A DNA stretch of 64,000 bases, taken from positions 3,232,001 to 3,296,000 of the forward strand of contig CAXXJJ010000004.1 of assembly GCA_963667015.2 (NCBI GenBank). The letters are read 5' to 3'. Below, piece by piece: positions 9,493-19,869 of this stretch; position 1 is the first letter of the stretch, and every line of letters starts with the position of its first letter. This DNA is from Desulfatiglandales bacterium (GTDB lineage Bacteria; Desulfobacterota; DSM-4660; Desulfatiglandales; HGW-15). The notes under the pieces were generated by a model that saw only the letters and a program-made list of their open reading frames with translations, was not told where the DNA came from and did no database searches. A program made the translations under genes and the position numbers.

Positions 9493-10905
9493 TTACTCCT
9501 TCTGCCTTATTTCCCTCAGGCCCTGTGCTACCTTTTCTAGGGCCATCATACGCGACCCCTTAAGGAGAATAAGATCACCATCTTCCATGACATCGTTTAT
9601 TCCCTCAACCATGTCACGCTGAGAATTACTTTCAATAGCCCTTTCGGAAGGAAATCCCGCTTCTATAGCGCCTTTAAGCATCTGTTGTGCATGTGCTCCA
9701 AATGCAAACAAAAACCCTGCGCCTGCCTCTGCGACCATTTTACCGGCTTGAATGTGTGCCCTGACAGTCTCATCTCCCAGCTCCAGCATCTCACCAAGCC
9801 CCACTATGATTCTTCTCTCTCTGCCTGCGGCTTCTTTTGCCACATCAAGTGCTGCCTTAAGTGAAGATGGATTTGAGTTATAGGTATCATCCAGCAATAG
9901 AATATCATCGGGAAGAACATCAGTAATCAGCCTGCCTTTTACTCCATTGAACCTGATAAGGCCTTCAGCTATATTTTCAAATTTCTCATTCAGGCATATT
10001 GCTGCAGAAGCGGCTGCAAGGGAATTGATCAGGTTGTGCATTCCTGCCACCCGAAGTTCAACAGGCATGGATTCATTCCTGTACCTCAGCCGGTATCTCA
10101 TTCCTCCGCTTTTTAAAACCTCTATGCTTTCTGCAGACACATCGTTCCCGGGACTCAGCCCGAAGGTGAAAAAATCCCTGTTAAAAAGAGATGCCTCCTT
10201 CATCAAAACCTTATCATCTCCAAAGAGTATAACCCTGCTTTCGAGCCGGATTTCTTCAATCATTTCTGTCTTGGCCCGGGCAACCCCCTGAATATCATTT
10301 ACACCCTCAAGATGGACAGGTCCGACATTGGTTATTAAACCAACATCCGGGTCGGAAATCCGGGTCAGCCTTCTTATTTCATCAAAATGATTCATACCCA
10401 TCTCGAGCACTGCCCTTTTATGGCCCTTATTGAGACGTAAAAGGGTAAAGGGAAGACCTATCAGGTTATTAAAATTCCCCTCATTCTTCAGGGTTTCATT
10501 ACCCACCTCAAGGATGCAGGCAGTCATTTCCTTTGTGGTTGTTTTGCCCATGCTTCCTGTAAGTGATACCACCTTTGCATTATGCTGATGTCTCCAGGAA
10601 TTTGCAAAATCCCCAAGCGCCTTAAGACAATCCTCTACCTTTACGACAGCAGCATCAATATTTTCCGGGATCTTCTTATCATCATCAACAGCAATACATG
10701 CTGCACCATTCAGGACAGCCGTCTGAATAAAATTATGCCCGTCAAAATTATCACCCTTAAGGGCAATAAACATCTCTCCCTTTTTTATTTCCCTTGTGTC
10801 AGTGCTTATACCTGTAACAAAGGCCCCGGAGTCACCTGAAATAAGGACACCTTTAACAGGATCAATAAATTCCTTAAGCGTTATATTCTTCCAGAGTGAT
10901 GTCAT
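9493..10905 (-). CDS. murF: UDP-N-acetylmuramoyl-tripeptide--D-Ala-D-Ala ligase
   Basis: TGSMGKTTTKE, NFNNLIGLP, EMGMNH, DDTYNSNP, KGSR. Confidence 0.97.
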   Translation of the reverse strand: MTSLWKNITLKEFIDPVKGVLISGDSGAFVTGISTDTREIKKGEMFIALKGDNFDGHNFIQTAVLNGAACIAVDDDKKIPENIDAAVVKVEDCLKALGDFANSWRHQHNAKVVSLTGSMGKTTTKEMTACILEVGNETLKNEGNFNNLIGLPFTLLRLNKGHKRAVLEMGMNHFDEIRRLTRISDPDVGLITNVGPVHLEGVNDIQGVARAKTEMIEEIRLESRVILFGDDKVLMKEASLFNRDFFTFGLSPGNDVSAESIEVLKSGGMRYRLRYRNESMPVELRVAGMHNLINSLAAASAAICLNEKFENIAEGLIRFNGVKGRLITDVLPDDILLLDDTYNSNPSSLKAALDVAKEAAGRERRIIVGLGEMLELGDETVRAHIQAGKMVAEAGAGFLFAFGAHAQQMLKGAIEAGFPSERAIESNSQRDMVEGINDVMEDGDLILLKGSRMMALEKVAQGLREIRQKE

Positions 10906-12404
10906 AGGGCGTTCACCGCCTTCCGTGCCTCTTCCCTGTCGTCAAAGTGCCTTTTTGTTGTGCCTACTATCTGGTAATCCTCATGCCCCTTTCCGGCGAT
11001 AAGGATCGTATCGTCTTTAGCTGCAAGAGATACTGCCTTTTTGATAGCCGCACTTCGATCAATTTCCATCAAATATGTTCCTTCTTTGATTTCAGGCCAT
11101 TCTGAACGGGTCATACCTGATTCCAGCACACCCTTTTCTATTCCGCTGACTATAAATTCAGGATCCTCGGTCCTGGGGTTATCCGATGTTATTATTACGA
11201 TGTCGCTGTTTTCGCCTGCAATCAGCCCCATGTCGTATCTTTTTCCCCGGTCCCTGTCACCGCCGCATCCGAATACGGTTATAAGTCTTCCCTTTACAAA
11301 GGGGCGCAGATTTTTCTGGGCCTTGAGCAGGGCATCAGGGGTATGTGAATAATCCACAATTATTGAAAGTCCTGCGTCGTTGGGCACCTTTTCCAGCCTG
11401 CCCGGAACATTTTTAAGATTGCTAATTCCTTCTGCAATCCGGTCGAGACTAATACCGGAGACCTGAGCCGCACCTGCCGCTGCAAGGATGTTATAAATAT
11501 TGACCTCGCCCAGCAGTGGGGACTTAATCTCAACTCTGCCTTCAGGAGTAATGAGATTTGCCCTTACACCATTCATATCAGCCTTTACATCCTTTGCAGT
11601 TAGATCCAGGTCACCATTCAGTCCATATGTCAGGACTTCTGCCCTGGTCAGCCGGCAGAGTTCCTCGCCGCGGGGATCATCCATGTTTATGACAGCAAAG
11701 CTCTTTTCGCCCTTTACTGTTTCCGGCAGGCTCCGGAAGAGCCCGCTCTTGGCCTCAAAATAGCTGTCCATTGTCTTGTGATAATCCAGGTGGTCTCTTG
11801 ACAGGTTGGTAAATATGGCAATCCTTACAGGGAGGTCGAGTGTCCTCTTCTGATCAATGGCGTGTGAGGATATCTCCATAACAAAATCCGTTACACCCTC
11901 GTCAGCCATTTCCCGTGCAGTGTACATCAGATCAAGGGATTCAGGTGTGGTAACAGAAGAGGGTTTTTTCCTGTCTGAAAATCTGCTGTTTACAGTACCT
12001 ACTACCCCTGTTTTCTTACCTGCAGCAGACAGGATTGATTCCAGTATATAGGTGATTGTCGTTTTTCCGTTTGTCCCCGTTACTCCGATAACATCCATGT
12101 TTTCAAACGGATAATTATAAAACCGGGCTGCCAGCCTTGATAATGCCCTCCTTGAATTAGATACCTTTATTACTGATATATCAGGGTTAAGACTTATATC
12201 TTCCTCAACCAGAACCGCCTTTGCTCCTTTTTCTACTGCACTCTCAAGGTATTTATGGCCATTGAGCGCATTACCCTTTATCGCTACAAACAGGTCTCCG
12301 TCCTTTATCTTTCGTGAATCATAATTCAGACCTGTAATGTCCTGGTCGGGATTTCCGACCAGTTCACAGGATTCCAAGGCTTTGAGTAATACTGAGAGTT
12401 TCAT
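10902..12404 (-). CDS. murE: UDP-N-acetylmuramoyl-L-Ala-D-Glu--meso-diaminopimelate ligase
   Basis: TGTNGKTT, DYSHTPDAL, DNPR (mDAP specificity), AGKGHEDYQ; start ATG 12404 or TTG 12431. Confidence 0.97.
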   Translation of the reverse strand: MKLSVLLKALESCELVGNPDQDITGLNYDSRKIKDGDLFVAIKGNALNGHKYLESAVEKGAKAVLVEEDISLNPDISVIKVSNSRRALSRLAARFYNYPFENMDVIGVTGTNGKTTITYILESILSAAGKKTGVVGTVNSRFSDRKKPSSVTTPESLDLMYTAREMADEGVTDFVMEISSHAIDQKRTLDLPVRIAIFTNLSRDHLDYHKTMDSYFEAKSGLFRSLPETVKGEKSFAVINMDDPRGEELCRLTRAEVLTYGLNGDLDLTAKDVKADMNGVRANLITPEGRVEIKSPLLGEVNIYNILAAAGAAQVSGISLDRIAEGISNLKNVPGRLEKVPNDAGLSIIVDYSHTPDALLKAQKNLRPFVKGRLITVFGCGGDRDRGKRYDMGLIAGENSDIVIITSDNPRTEDPEFIVSGIEKGVLESGMTRSEWPEIKEGTYLMEIDRSAAIKKAVSLAAKDDTILIAGKGHEDYQIVGTTKRHFDDREEARKAVNAL

Positions 12405-12480
12405 TTCCTTTTTAAAATACCCCTGAAACAACCAACTTTGATCTGAATAAAATTCATGTTCACAACATCTTTTAGACTCT

Positions 12481-14442
12481 CTATGCCGGAGGTTTGAAAC
12501 TAACCTTTACCGAGGTTATGCTATCCATTGGCACTCCCGGTTTTGGTTCCTGCTCAAATGCCCTTCCGGTACCCTCAAAAGTAATATCCAGTCCCAGAGA
12601 ACTGATATCCTTGAGAACTTCGCGAATTGTCAATCCCCTGAAATCCGGCAGCCTGTTATCTCCTTCCTGAATGTTCCGGGACGGCCTTATATTTTCAACA
12701 AAAGAAGATCTTTTTATCTCTTTTACAGTATCTGAGCTTGCGAGCCTCACTTCGGGTTGAACCCCGAGATTACCAACTGCCCATTGTCCGACTTCCTTAA
12801 AAACAGGTGCAGCCACAATACCGCCATAATGATTGCCTCTCGGCTCATCAATCATGGCGAGTATGACAAGCTTCGGTCTGTTTGCCGGTACGAATCCGAT
12901 AAAATCGGCCACATGAACATTTCTTAAATACCCGCCTCTTCTGAGATCTGGTTTTTCTGCAGTCCCGGTTTTACCCGCTACACGGTATCCTTCAATTGCC
13001 GCAAGAGGAGCGGTCCCTTTGTCACTTACTACACCCTCAAGTATCCTGGTAACAGTTTTAGCCGTATCAGCAGAGATAATCCGTCGTACCATATGAGGGT
13101 GGAACTCCTTAACAGTCTTCCCTGATCCATCCGTGATTGCCTTGACAATATAAGGTCTCATTAACCTGCCGCCGTTTGCTATTGCAGCCATTGCTGTTGC
13201 CAGCTGTAATGATGTTACCGACATCCCCTGTCCGTAATAGACAGTTGCGCGTTCAACCTCATTGGCTCTTTCCGGAGTCCTGATAACGCCGCTGCGCTCA
13301 CCTATCAGCTCGATTCCAGTTTTTTCGCCAAACCCAAATTTTTTCAGATAATCATAAAATCTTTCATATCCGAGTTCATTGCCTATTTTTACGGCGCCTA
13401 TATTACTTGATAAGACAACGATATCAGAGACAGTAAGTGTCCCATATTTATGGACATCATCATTTATTAATATATCCGCGACTCTGAATTCCCCATCCTC
13501 ACAATAAAACTTTGTATTCGGGGTTACAGCGCTCATATCAATGGCTGCAGCCAGGAGAAAAGCTTTAATAGCTGAACCGGGTTCATACCAGTCTGTAACA
13601 ACCCTGTTGCGCCACTGATCGGGGCTGTATTCCCTGAAGGCATTCGGATTAAATGCTGGGGCCGTTGCCATGGCCAGGATCTCTCCTGTCGCAGGGTCCA
13701 TGATCACGCATTGCCCGCTCTTGCCCTTGTACTTTTTTACATACTTATCCAGGGCCTGCTGAGCCCTGTACTGGATATCCTTATCAATAGTAAGTACGAG
13801 ATTATGAATATCCCTCTTTTCCTCTGAGGGCTTACTTACATAAAAGGGACGACCGTGGGCGTCCTTCATCTGTACAAGTACTTCGGCCTCTCCCCTTAAA
13901 AGGTCGTCATATTTTTTTTCAATCCCTTCAAGCCCCTGATTCTCATCCCCTACAATTCCGAGCAGATGACCTGCGATGTCCTTGCCCGGATAAAATCTTT
14001 TTGTTTCCTTTGTAAAGCCGATGCCTTCGAGACCTATTGACCTTATCTGTTCAATTTTAGCTGTCGGAATTTTCCTCTTTATATAAACAAAACTACGGTC
14101 CTTTTTGAGCAGATGAAAAATGTCCTTAGACGGCATATCAAGATGAAGAGCCAGCTGCTTCGCTGTACCAACCTTGTCTTCGATCTGCCTGGGATCGGCG
14201 TACACTGACCCTACTTCAATACTTACCGCAAGTTCATGATTTTCGCGGTCCAGTATCGAACCTCTTTCAGGAGGGAGGGATACAGCCTTCCTGTACCCTT
14301 CCCTTGCCATGGCCTGCAGCTTGTCTTTTTCAAAAACCTGCAGTTGTACCGCCCTGAAAAATACTGTCGATAGACAAAACAGAAAGAAGACCGCTACAAG
14401 ATAAATACGAACTCTGATCCATTTTTTTTCATTTACCTTCAT
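12481..14442 (-). CDS. ftsI: class B penicillin-binding protein FtsI with C-terminal PASTA domain
   Basis: N-terminal TM, RGSILDR, EPGSAIK (SxxK), SSN (SxN), KTGT; C-terminal LPDFRGLT...QEPKPG. Confidence 0.96.
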   Translation of the reverse strand: MKVNEKKWIRVRIYLVAVFFLFCLSTVFFRAVQLQVFEKDKLQAMAREGYRKAVSLPPERGSILDRENHELAVSIEVGSVYADPRQIEDKVGTAKQLALHLDMPSKDIFHLLKKDRSFVYIKRKIPTAKIEQIRSIGLEGIGFTKETKRFYPGKDIAGHLLGIVGDENQGLEGIEKKYDDLLRGEAEVLVQMKDAHGRPFYVSKPSEEKRDIHNLVLTIDKDIQYRAQQALDKYVKKYKGKSGQCVIMDPATGEILAMATAPAFNPNAFREYSPDQWRNRVVTDWYEPGSAIKAFLLAAAIDMSAVTPNTKFYCEDGEFRVADILINDDVHKYGTLTVSDIVVLSSNIGAVKIGNELGYERFYDYLKKFGFGEKTGIELIGERSGVIRTPERANEVERATVYYGQGMSVTSLQLATAMAAIANGGRLMRPYIVKAITDGSGKTVKEFHPHMVRRIISADTAKTVTRILEGVVSDKGTAPLAAIEGYRVAGKTGTAEKPDLRRGGYLRNVHVADFIGFVPANRPKLVILAMIDEPRGNHYGGIVAAPVFKEVGQWAVGNLGVQPEVRLASSDTVKEIKRSSFVENIRPSRNIQEGDNRLPDFRGLTIREVLKDISSLGLDITFEGTGRAFEQEPKPGVPMDSITSVKVSFKPPA

Positions 14443-14804
14443 GGTAAAAAAATAGTCTGCTCAGGTGAAGGATCTTTCAGACCTAAAGAACGCGCGGCCG
14501 TTTCCAGGTTCTGGGGAGATTTTAAAGCGGCCAGCTCAACTTTTAATTTTTTGTTGTACTCCAGAAGCGCTCTTTCATCCTTTTGCAGGCGACTTAGATC
14601 AAAACCTATTTGCGTGCCTTCATAATTGGACCATACATAGCCGATACCGCTGCTCATAAATAAGACCAGCAGAAATGCTATCAAAATGATTTGCCGACTG
14701 GTGAGATAGAACCTGTTTCTTTTTACTCTGGAGTTGTTTATCTTTATCCCTGTACGGGTATTTCTCTTGTTATCAATCTCTGATGCTTTTGAAGGGCGTA
14801 CCAT
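14439..14804 (-). CDS. ftsL: cell division protein FtsL
   Basis: Short bitopic protein with coiled coil and LKSPQNLETAARSLGL; between rsmH and ftsI. Confidence 0.88.
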   Translation of the reverse strand: MVRPSKASEIDNKRNTRTGIKINNSRVKRNRFYLTSRQIILIAFLLVLFMSSGIGYVWSNYEGTQIGFDLSRLQKDERALLEYNKKLKVELAALKSPQNLETAARSLGLKDPSPEQTIFLP

Positions 14805-14805
14805 T

Positions 14806-15756
14806 TTAGATCCTTTCTGCACCTCTAAGCCTGGCGCTTCTGGCCCGGGGATTTTCAGCTATTTCTTCCTGTTGCGGCAGAAATCCCCTTTTATTTAGTC
14901 GTTTAAATCCTTGTTTTTTATCGCACATACACACCGGGAGATCGGGCGGACACGTACATGAATTTTCCCAATCTGCCATAGCCCTCTTAACAAGCCTGTC
15001 TTCAAGTGAATGATATGTTAAAAAAATTATTCGACCACCCTTATTCAGCAGATCAGGCGCCTTTTCCAATATGGCATTCAGATTTTCCATCTCGTTATTG
15101 GTCAGGATCCTCAGTGCCTGAAATGCCCTTGTGGCCGGATCTTTTTTCCTGTTTCGCTGTGAAACAGGAAAATGGGAACGAACGATATCTGCAAACCGGC
15201 CGGATGAACTTATAGGAGATTTATCTCTCTCCCTTATAATGGTCCGGGCTATTCGTCTTGCCAGTTTCTCTTCCCCATATTTTTTTAACACTGACTCTAT
15301 TTCAGAGGCGGATAGCTCATTTAGCAGTTCCATTGCCTTTTTCCCGCCCTCATTATCCATTCTCATATCCAGGGGCTCATCCCGGTTAAAGCTGAACCCT
15401 CTGCCGGACCGGTCAAGCTGATATGAAGACATCCCGAGGTCGAGCAAAATCCCGTCAACCTTTTGTACTCCTGCTTTATCAAATGCAGCGTCCATATCAG
15501 CAAAATTTTCCTTTATTATGTTGAACTTTCCCTTGTATCCCCCGGCATCAAGCCTTTTCCGGGTTATTTCAATGGCATCCGGATCCCTGTCCAGACAAAT
15601 CAATCTTCCGTTTTTGCCAAGCTTTTTTAATATCGCTTCACTGTGCCCGCCTGAACCGGTTGTCCCGTCTACATAGGTTCCATCAGGCCTGGTAATGAGA
15701 AATTCCACAACCTCCTTTACCATAACCGGCTTATGGGGATATTCCATCTCTATCAA
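14806..15756 (-). CDS. rsmH: 16S rRNA m4C1402 methyltransferase
   Basis: HKPVM, DGTTGSGGHS, DLGMSSYQ, PLDMRM, HSLEDR, NPRARSARLR. Confidence 0.97.
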   Translation of the reverse strand: MIEMEYPHKPVMVKEVVEFLITRPDGTYVDGTTGSGGHSEAILKKLGKNGRLICLDRDPDAIEITRKRLDAGGYKGKFNIIKENFADMDAAFDKAGVQKVDGILLDLGMSSYQLDRSGRGFSFNRDEPLDMRMDNEGGKKAMELLNELSASEIESVLKKYGEEKLARRIARTIIRERDKSPISSSGRFADIVRSHFPVSQRNRKKDPATRAFQALRILTNNEMENLNAILEKAPDLLNKGGRIIFLTYHSLEDRLVKRAMADWENSCTCPPDLPVCMCDKKQGFKRLNKRGFLPQQEEIAENPRARSARLRGAERI

Positions 15757-16190
15757 ATACCAAAATCAGCAAGGGCCTGGCTGGTTTCGGGAAATTCATC
15801 CTTTGCGCGGTTAAACTCGTTATCCCAGCGCTCCTTATCCCATATCTCAAAATATTTCAGTTCCCCTACCAGCATAACCTCTTTCTGCAGACCGGCTATC
15901 TCCCGAAGATCAGGAGGTAATGTAATTCTACCCTGCTTAATAGGGCATTCCTGTGCACCACTTATAAAATAGCGGCGCAGGCTATTGACAGACCTGTCCA
16001 TCAAGGGTAAATTTGCGATTTTATCCTCGATGGCGCGCCAGGTTTCCCAGGGGAAAGCCCAGAGGCAGTTTTCATGGTTGGTTACCACAAGACATGGCTG
16101 ATCCTTCAGTTTTGAAGTATCTTTAAACCGTGTCGGTATGGCTAACCGTCCCTTGTCATCAAGGGTATGTTTGGATCGTCCTCTGAACAT
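15753..16190 (-). CDS. mraZ: dcw cluster transcriptional repressor MraZ
   Basis: MFRGRSKHTLDDKGRLAIP, QGRITLP, FEIWD. Confidence 0.96.
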   Translation of the reverse strand: MFRGRSKHTLDDKGRLAIPTRFKDTSKLKDQPCLVVTNHENCLWAFPWETWRAIEDKIANLPLMDRSVNSLRRYFISGAQECPIKQGRITLPPDLREIAGLQKEVMLVGELKYFEIWDKERWDNEFNRAKDEFPETSQALADFGI

Positions 16191-16206
16191 AATTAAAAGG
16201 GTAAAA

Positions 16207-16260
16207 CCCCACTTTGTGACACATTATGGCACATTTTACCCCTTTGACCCCCATTGTCAA
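16207..16260 (-). promoter_or_regulatory. dcw promoter (TTGACA-N16-TAAAAT) overlapped by five 10-bp-phased MraZ-type boxes
   Basis: Minus strand: TTGACAaTGGGGGtcaaAGGGGtaaaaTGTGccataaTGTGtcacaaaGTGGGG; G-rich boxes recur every 10 nt as in known MraZ operators. Confidence 0.75.
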
Positions 16261-16285
16261 GGGAAATTGTTTATTTTTCCCATAA

Positions 16286-16333
16286 ATGCAGTATGTTGTG
16301 AGTTTTTAAATTTTAAAGCACAACAGGTAGAAA
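16286..16333. promoter_or_regulatory. candidate pair of NrdR-like boxes
   Basis: Cores CAGTATGTTG (16289) and CAACAGGTAG (16321), 32 bp apart, resemble the NrdR core CwAtATaTwG. Confidence 0.4.
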
Positions 16334-16424
16334 ATGCTTTTGAATAATTATTTTTATTCAAATTTGACTTTATTTTTTTGAAATTATCCTACTGCCCAAA
16401 AATGAATTTTTCATGTGATTAATA

Positions 16425-16940
16425 ATGGCTTACATAGAGATTTCAGCTGACAGAAGTATAGAAGAAAAGATTTCATGGGCTGACGCCTGTTATAGAAAAT
16501 ATAAAAAAACCTTTCTGGAAGACGTAAAAATCCAAAAACTGCTCAGGGATTTTCAAAAGACCTCATCTGACAGTCTTAAGGAAATGATCGATATAGGCCT
16601 GGTTGAAGAATGCCGGAAATGTGAAGAGGAAGAAGGCGGGGCATGCTGCGGCAGGGGGATTGAGAATAGATACAGCGGTACCCTGCTCCTGATCAACCTT
16701 CTTCTAGGCATAGAATTACCACGAAAGGCCCCTGACCCCAAAAGCTGCTTCTTCCTTGGCACAAAGGGATGCTCACTCAGTGCCAGGCATGTAATATGCG
16801 TAAACTATATCTGCAAAAAAATAACAGACAGCATCCCGGGTCAAGCATTAAACCACCTCAGGGAAAAAGAAGGAACAGAGCTGGATATCCTCTTTATTTT
16901 AAATGAAAAAATAAAATCTGTTCTGAGGAATTTGAAATGA
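16425..16940 (+). CDS. cysteine-rich protein, YkgJ/CxxCxxCC-like putative Fe-S or Zn binding
   Basis: CRKCEEEEGGACC ... CFFLGTKGCSLSARHVICVNYIC (8 clustered Cys). Confidence 0.75.
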   Translation: MAYIEISADRSIEEKISWADACYRKYKKTFLEDVKIQKLLRDFQKTSSDSLKEMIDIGLVEECRKCEEEEGGACCGRGIENRYSGTLLLINLLLGIELPRKAPDPKSCFFLGTKGCSLSARHVICVNYICKKITDSIPGQALNHLREKEGTELDILFILNEKIKSVLRNLK

Positions 16941-17552
16941 ATTTTAACAACTCAAAGGAAGCCATGCTTAAGGTTGCCGATTTTTTTGATTCCAGAAAGG
17001 TCGGCAATATCGGCCCTCTTGGTTTCAGGCGATCATCTGACCTGGATAGGCTCCTGGCAGGCATAGGGGCGCTGCAAAACAAAAAATATCCTGTGTTCCT
17101 CAGGCCTTAATTTTCTGGATATGGGCTGCGGAGATGGAAGAGTAAACATACTTTTAAGCTATATTGCAGGTAAATCCATTGGTATTGAGCTGGATGAATG
17201 GACTCTGGATGACTATTCCCCGCTGAGAAAAGAACTCGACAAAAAACTGATTGAACATTGTCTGCCTTTACCCCCTGACAATATCCACCTGTTTGAAGGA
17301 GACTCTCTTGATCCTGACCTTCACGGCCGGGTAAAAAGCAGGACCGGTGTGGCAATCGAAGATATAGACCTATTCTATACCTATCTGACCCTGCATGTAG
17401 AAATTGCCGAATTAATATCACAAAAGGCAAAATCCGGTGCTGTTTTCATGGTATATGGCCTGGAAAAAATCATGCCCAGATACAGCGGGCTTGAATTGCT
17501 TACCCCGGACGGCCCCCTTGAGGGAATAATCGCTGTTTATAAAAAAATCTGA
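16937..17552 (+). CDS. class I SAM-dependent methyltransferase, interrupted by +1 frameshift near the A6 run at 17081-17086
   Basis: ATG 16937 overlaps upstream TGA; removing one A joins MNFNNSKEAML... to FLDMGCGDG motif I, GIELD and FEGD; 204 aa when joined. Confidence 0.75.
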
Positions 17553-17586
17553 AATGATTATTTTTTTATAAATTTCACGCTATTAT

Positions 17587-19710
17587 TTAATCAGGAAACT
17601 GCTGATTCTCAAGGGCTTCCCTGATCTTTACTGCAAAATCCTTTTTTGAAAAAGGCTTCTGGATAAAACATACTCCCTTATCCAGAACGCCTCTATGCGC
17701 AATAACATTTGCAGTGTAGCCGGACATGTACAGCACCTTCAAATCCGGATAGAACAACCTGACCCGGCTTGCCAGATCGCGGCCGTTCATCTCAGGCATA
17801 ATCACATCAGTGACAAGAAGATCTATTTTTTCCCGGAACTCCCTTATCAGCCCGAGCGCCTCACCCGGCGTTGAGGCGAATACTGCCCTGTACTTCAGCT
17901 TCTCAAGCATCCTGAGGCCCATTTTAAGTATGGACTTATCATCTTCAACAATGAGCACGGTCTCTCCCTGACTCATGGGGGTTTCTGTAAAAAGTGCTTT
18001 GGGCTCCTCTGACAGATCTCCTGCATATAAAGGAAGATAAATTGCAAATGTAGTTCCCTTATCCTTTTCACTGTAAACATTAATCATGCCTTCATTCTGT
18101 TTGACTATTCCGTAAACCGTTGAAAGCCCAAGCCCGGTCCCCTTCCCTACCCCTTTTGTTGTAAAGAAAGGATCAAAGATATTCTGCAGGGTTTTCGCAT
18201 CCATACCGATACCGTTATCACTCACTGAAAGTACAGCATAGTCACCCGGGGTAAATTCAGAATGCTCTTTACAGTAATCTTCATCAATTGATGTATGATC
18301 AGTCTCGATTGTTAATTTGCCAATTCCTTTTATTGCATCCCTGGCGTTTACGCATAGATTTGCCATTATCTGGTTTACCTGTATGGGATCAATATTAACC
18401 TGCAATGATTCTCTACAGGGGAACCATGCCAGATCAATATCCTCACCTATCAGCCTTCTGATCATTTTCAGCATACTCTCAACGGTTCCGTTCATATCGA
18501 TCACCCTGGGATTTGCAGTCTGTTTTCTGGCAAATGCCAGCAACTGGCGGGTAATGTCAGAGGAATGTTTAGCCGCACCCAGGATTTCCAGCAGATCATC
18601 ATAAACAGTATCCCCGGGCTCATGGGTTTCAAGCAGGATCTCAGTATAACCTATGATAACACCGAGCATATTATTAAAATCATGGGCTACTCCGCCTGCA
18701 AGACGGCCGACCGATTCCATTTTCTGGGCCTGCAGAAGCTGATTCTGCAGCCTGTCTCTGTCTTTTTCAGCCTTTTTCTGCTCTGTAATATTCCGCGTTA
18801 CAGAAAGCATCACCTGTTTTCCATCCAGCATCATTGCCTCTGCGGAAAAAAGGGTATCAATTATCTCGCCCGAATGGACCCTCATTCTGACTTCTTTTTC
18901 ATAAACACGCCCATTTTTCTTTATCTCTTTTACAAGGAGTTCCCTCTCCTGAGGGTCAAGCCAGCTGTTTATATCCCGCGAAGTTTTACCGATAATCTCT
19001 TCCCTGCTGTAACCCATTGCATCGAGAAAGGCTTTATTAACTTCGATATACTTACCATCCTCAATACCGCTTATAACAATCCACACCGGTACAGACTGAA
19101 AGGTTTTCTCATATTTTTCCAGTGACTGCCTTAATGCCTCTTCTGCCTTTTTTCTTTCACTTATATCCCTGCTTAAACCCTGAAGACCTGTTGGCCGGCT
19201 ATTTTCATCAAATATTATTTTACCTCTTATTTCCAGAGGCAGAGGGGTCCGGTTTTTATCTAACAAGGCAGCCTCAAAAATCACCCCCTCGCTATCAGGC
19301 CCTTTTTCAAGCTCATCAGATATTATTTTTTCCATTTTTTTGTAATTTTCTTCATCACAATAATCGGACAGGCGGCTTCCGACCCACTCTTCAACCTCAT
19401 AGCCGGTGAGTTGAAAAATAGCCGGGTTTACATAGGTAAACTCAAGATCCATATTCATTGTCCAGATAACATCAAGGGTGTTTTCAGAAAGAAGCCGATA
19501 TTTTTCTTTTTCACGGGCCAGCTGTTTCTCGATAGATCCTGCCCTTTTTACAGTAATAAAAAATATAATGCCCCCGACAAAAAACAAAATACCAATAAGG
19601 AAGTGTGAACTGTATGGAAAAAGGACATAGGCTGCAAATAACAGCATCATTGCGGAAAAACCGTACAAACTACCCCGTGTAATACTCATTGGCTGTTTTT
19701 TAAATATCAT
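17587..19710 (-). CDS. membrane-anchored PAS-PAS hybrid sensor histidine kinase/response regulator
   Basis: 2 TM, two PAS domains, AHDFNN H-box, NARDA, DNGIGM, GTGLGL, C-terminal receiver (VEDD, TDVIMP, KPF). Confidence 0.95.
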   Translation of the reverse strand: MIFKKQPMSITRGSLYGFSAMMLLFAAYVLFPYSSHFLIGILFFVGGIIFFITVKRAGSIEKQLAREKEKYRLLSENTLDVIWTMNMDLEFTYVNPAIFQLTGYEVEEWVGSRLSDYCDEENYKKMEKIISDELEKGPDSEGVIFEAALLDKNRTPLPLEIRGKIIFDENSRPTGLQGLSRDISERKKAEEALRQSLEKYEKTFQSVPVWIVISGIEDGKYIEVNKAFLDAMGYSREEIIGKTSRDINSWLDPQERELLVKEIKKNGRVYEKEVRMRVHSGEIIDTLFSAEAMMLDGKQVMLSVTRNITEQKKAEKDRDRLQNQLLQAQKMESVGRLAGGVAHDFNNMLGVIIGYTEILLETHEPGDTVYDDLLEILGAAKHSSDITRQLLAFARKQTANPRVIDMNGTVESMLKMIRRLIGEDIDLAWFPCRESLQVNIDPIQVNQIMANLCVNARDAIKGIGKLTIETDHTSIDEDYCKEHSEFTPGDYAVLSVSDNGIGMDAKTLQNIFDPFFTTKGVGKGTGLGLSTVYGIVKQNEGMINVYSEKDKGTTFAIYLPLYAGDLSEEPKALFTETPMSQGETVLIVEDDKSILKMGLRMLEKLKYRAVFASTPGEALGLIREFREKIDLLVTDVIMPEMNGRDLASRVRLFYPDLKVLYMSGYTANVIAHRGVLDKGVCFIQKPFSKKDFAVKIREALENQQFPD

Positions 19711-19869
19711 CAGTACTCCACACTTTTTGTGTAATAATTTTCCTGACTGATATGAAGACTCGAATGTTGAGTTTTAAGACTCTATAATTTTATTACTAAG
19801 CGCAAGGTCTACTGCCGCATCGCCCGGGACGAGGCTGATCATTCCCTGCTTGATTATACCCATCGGATT

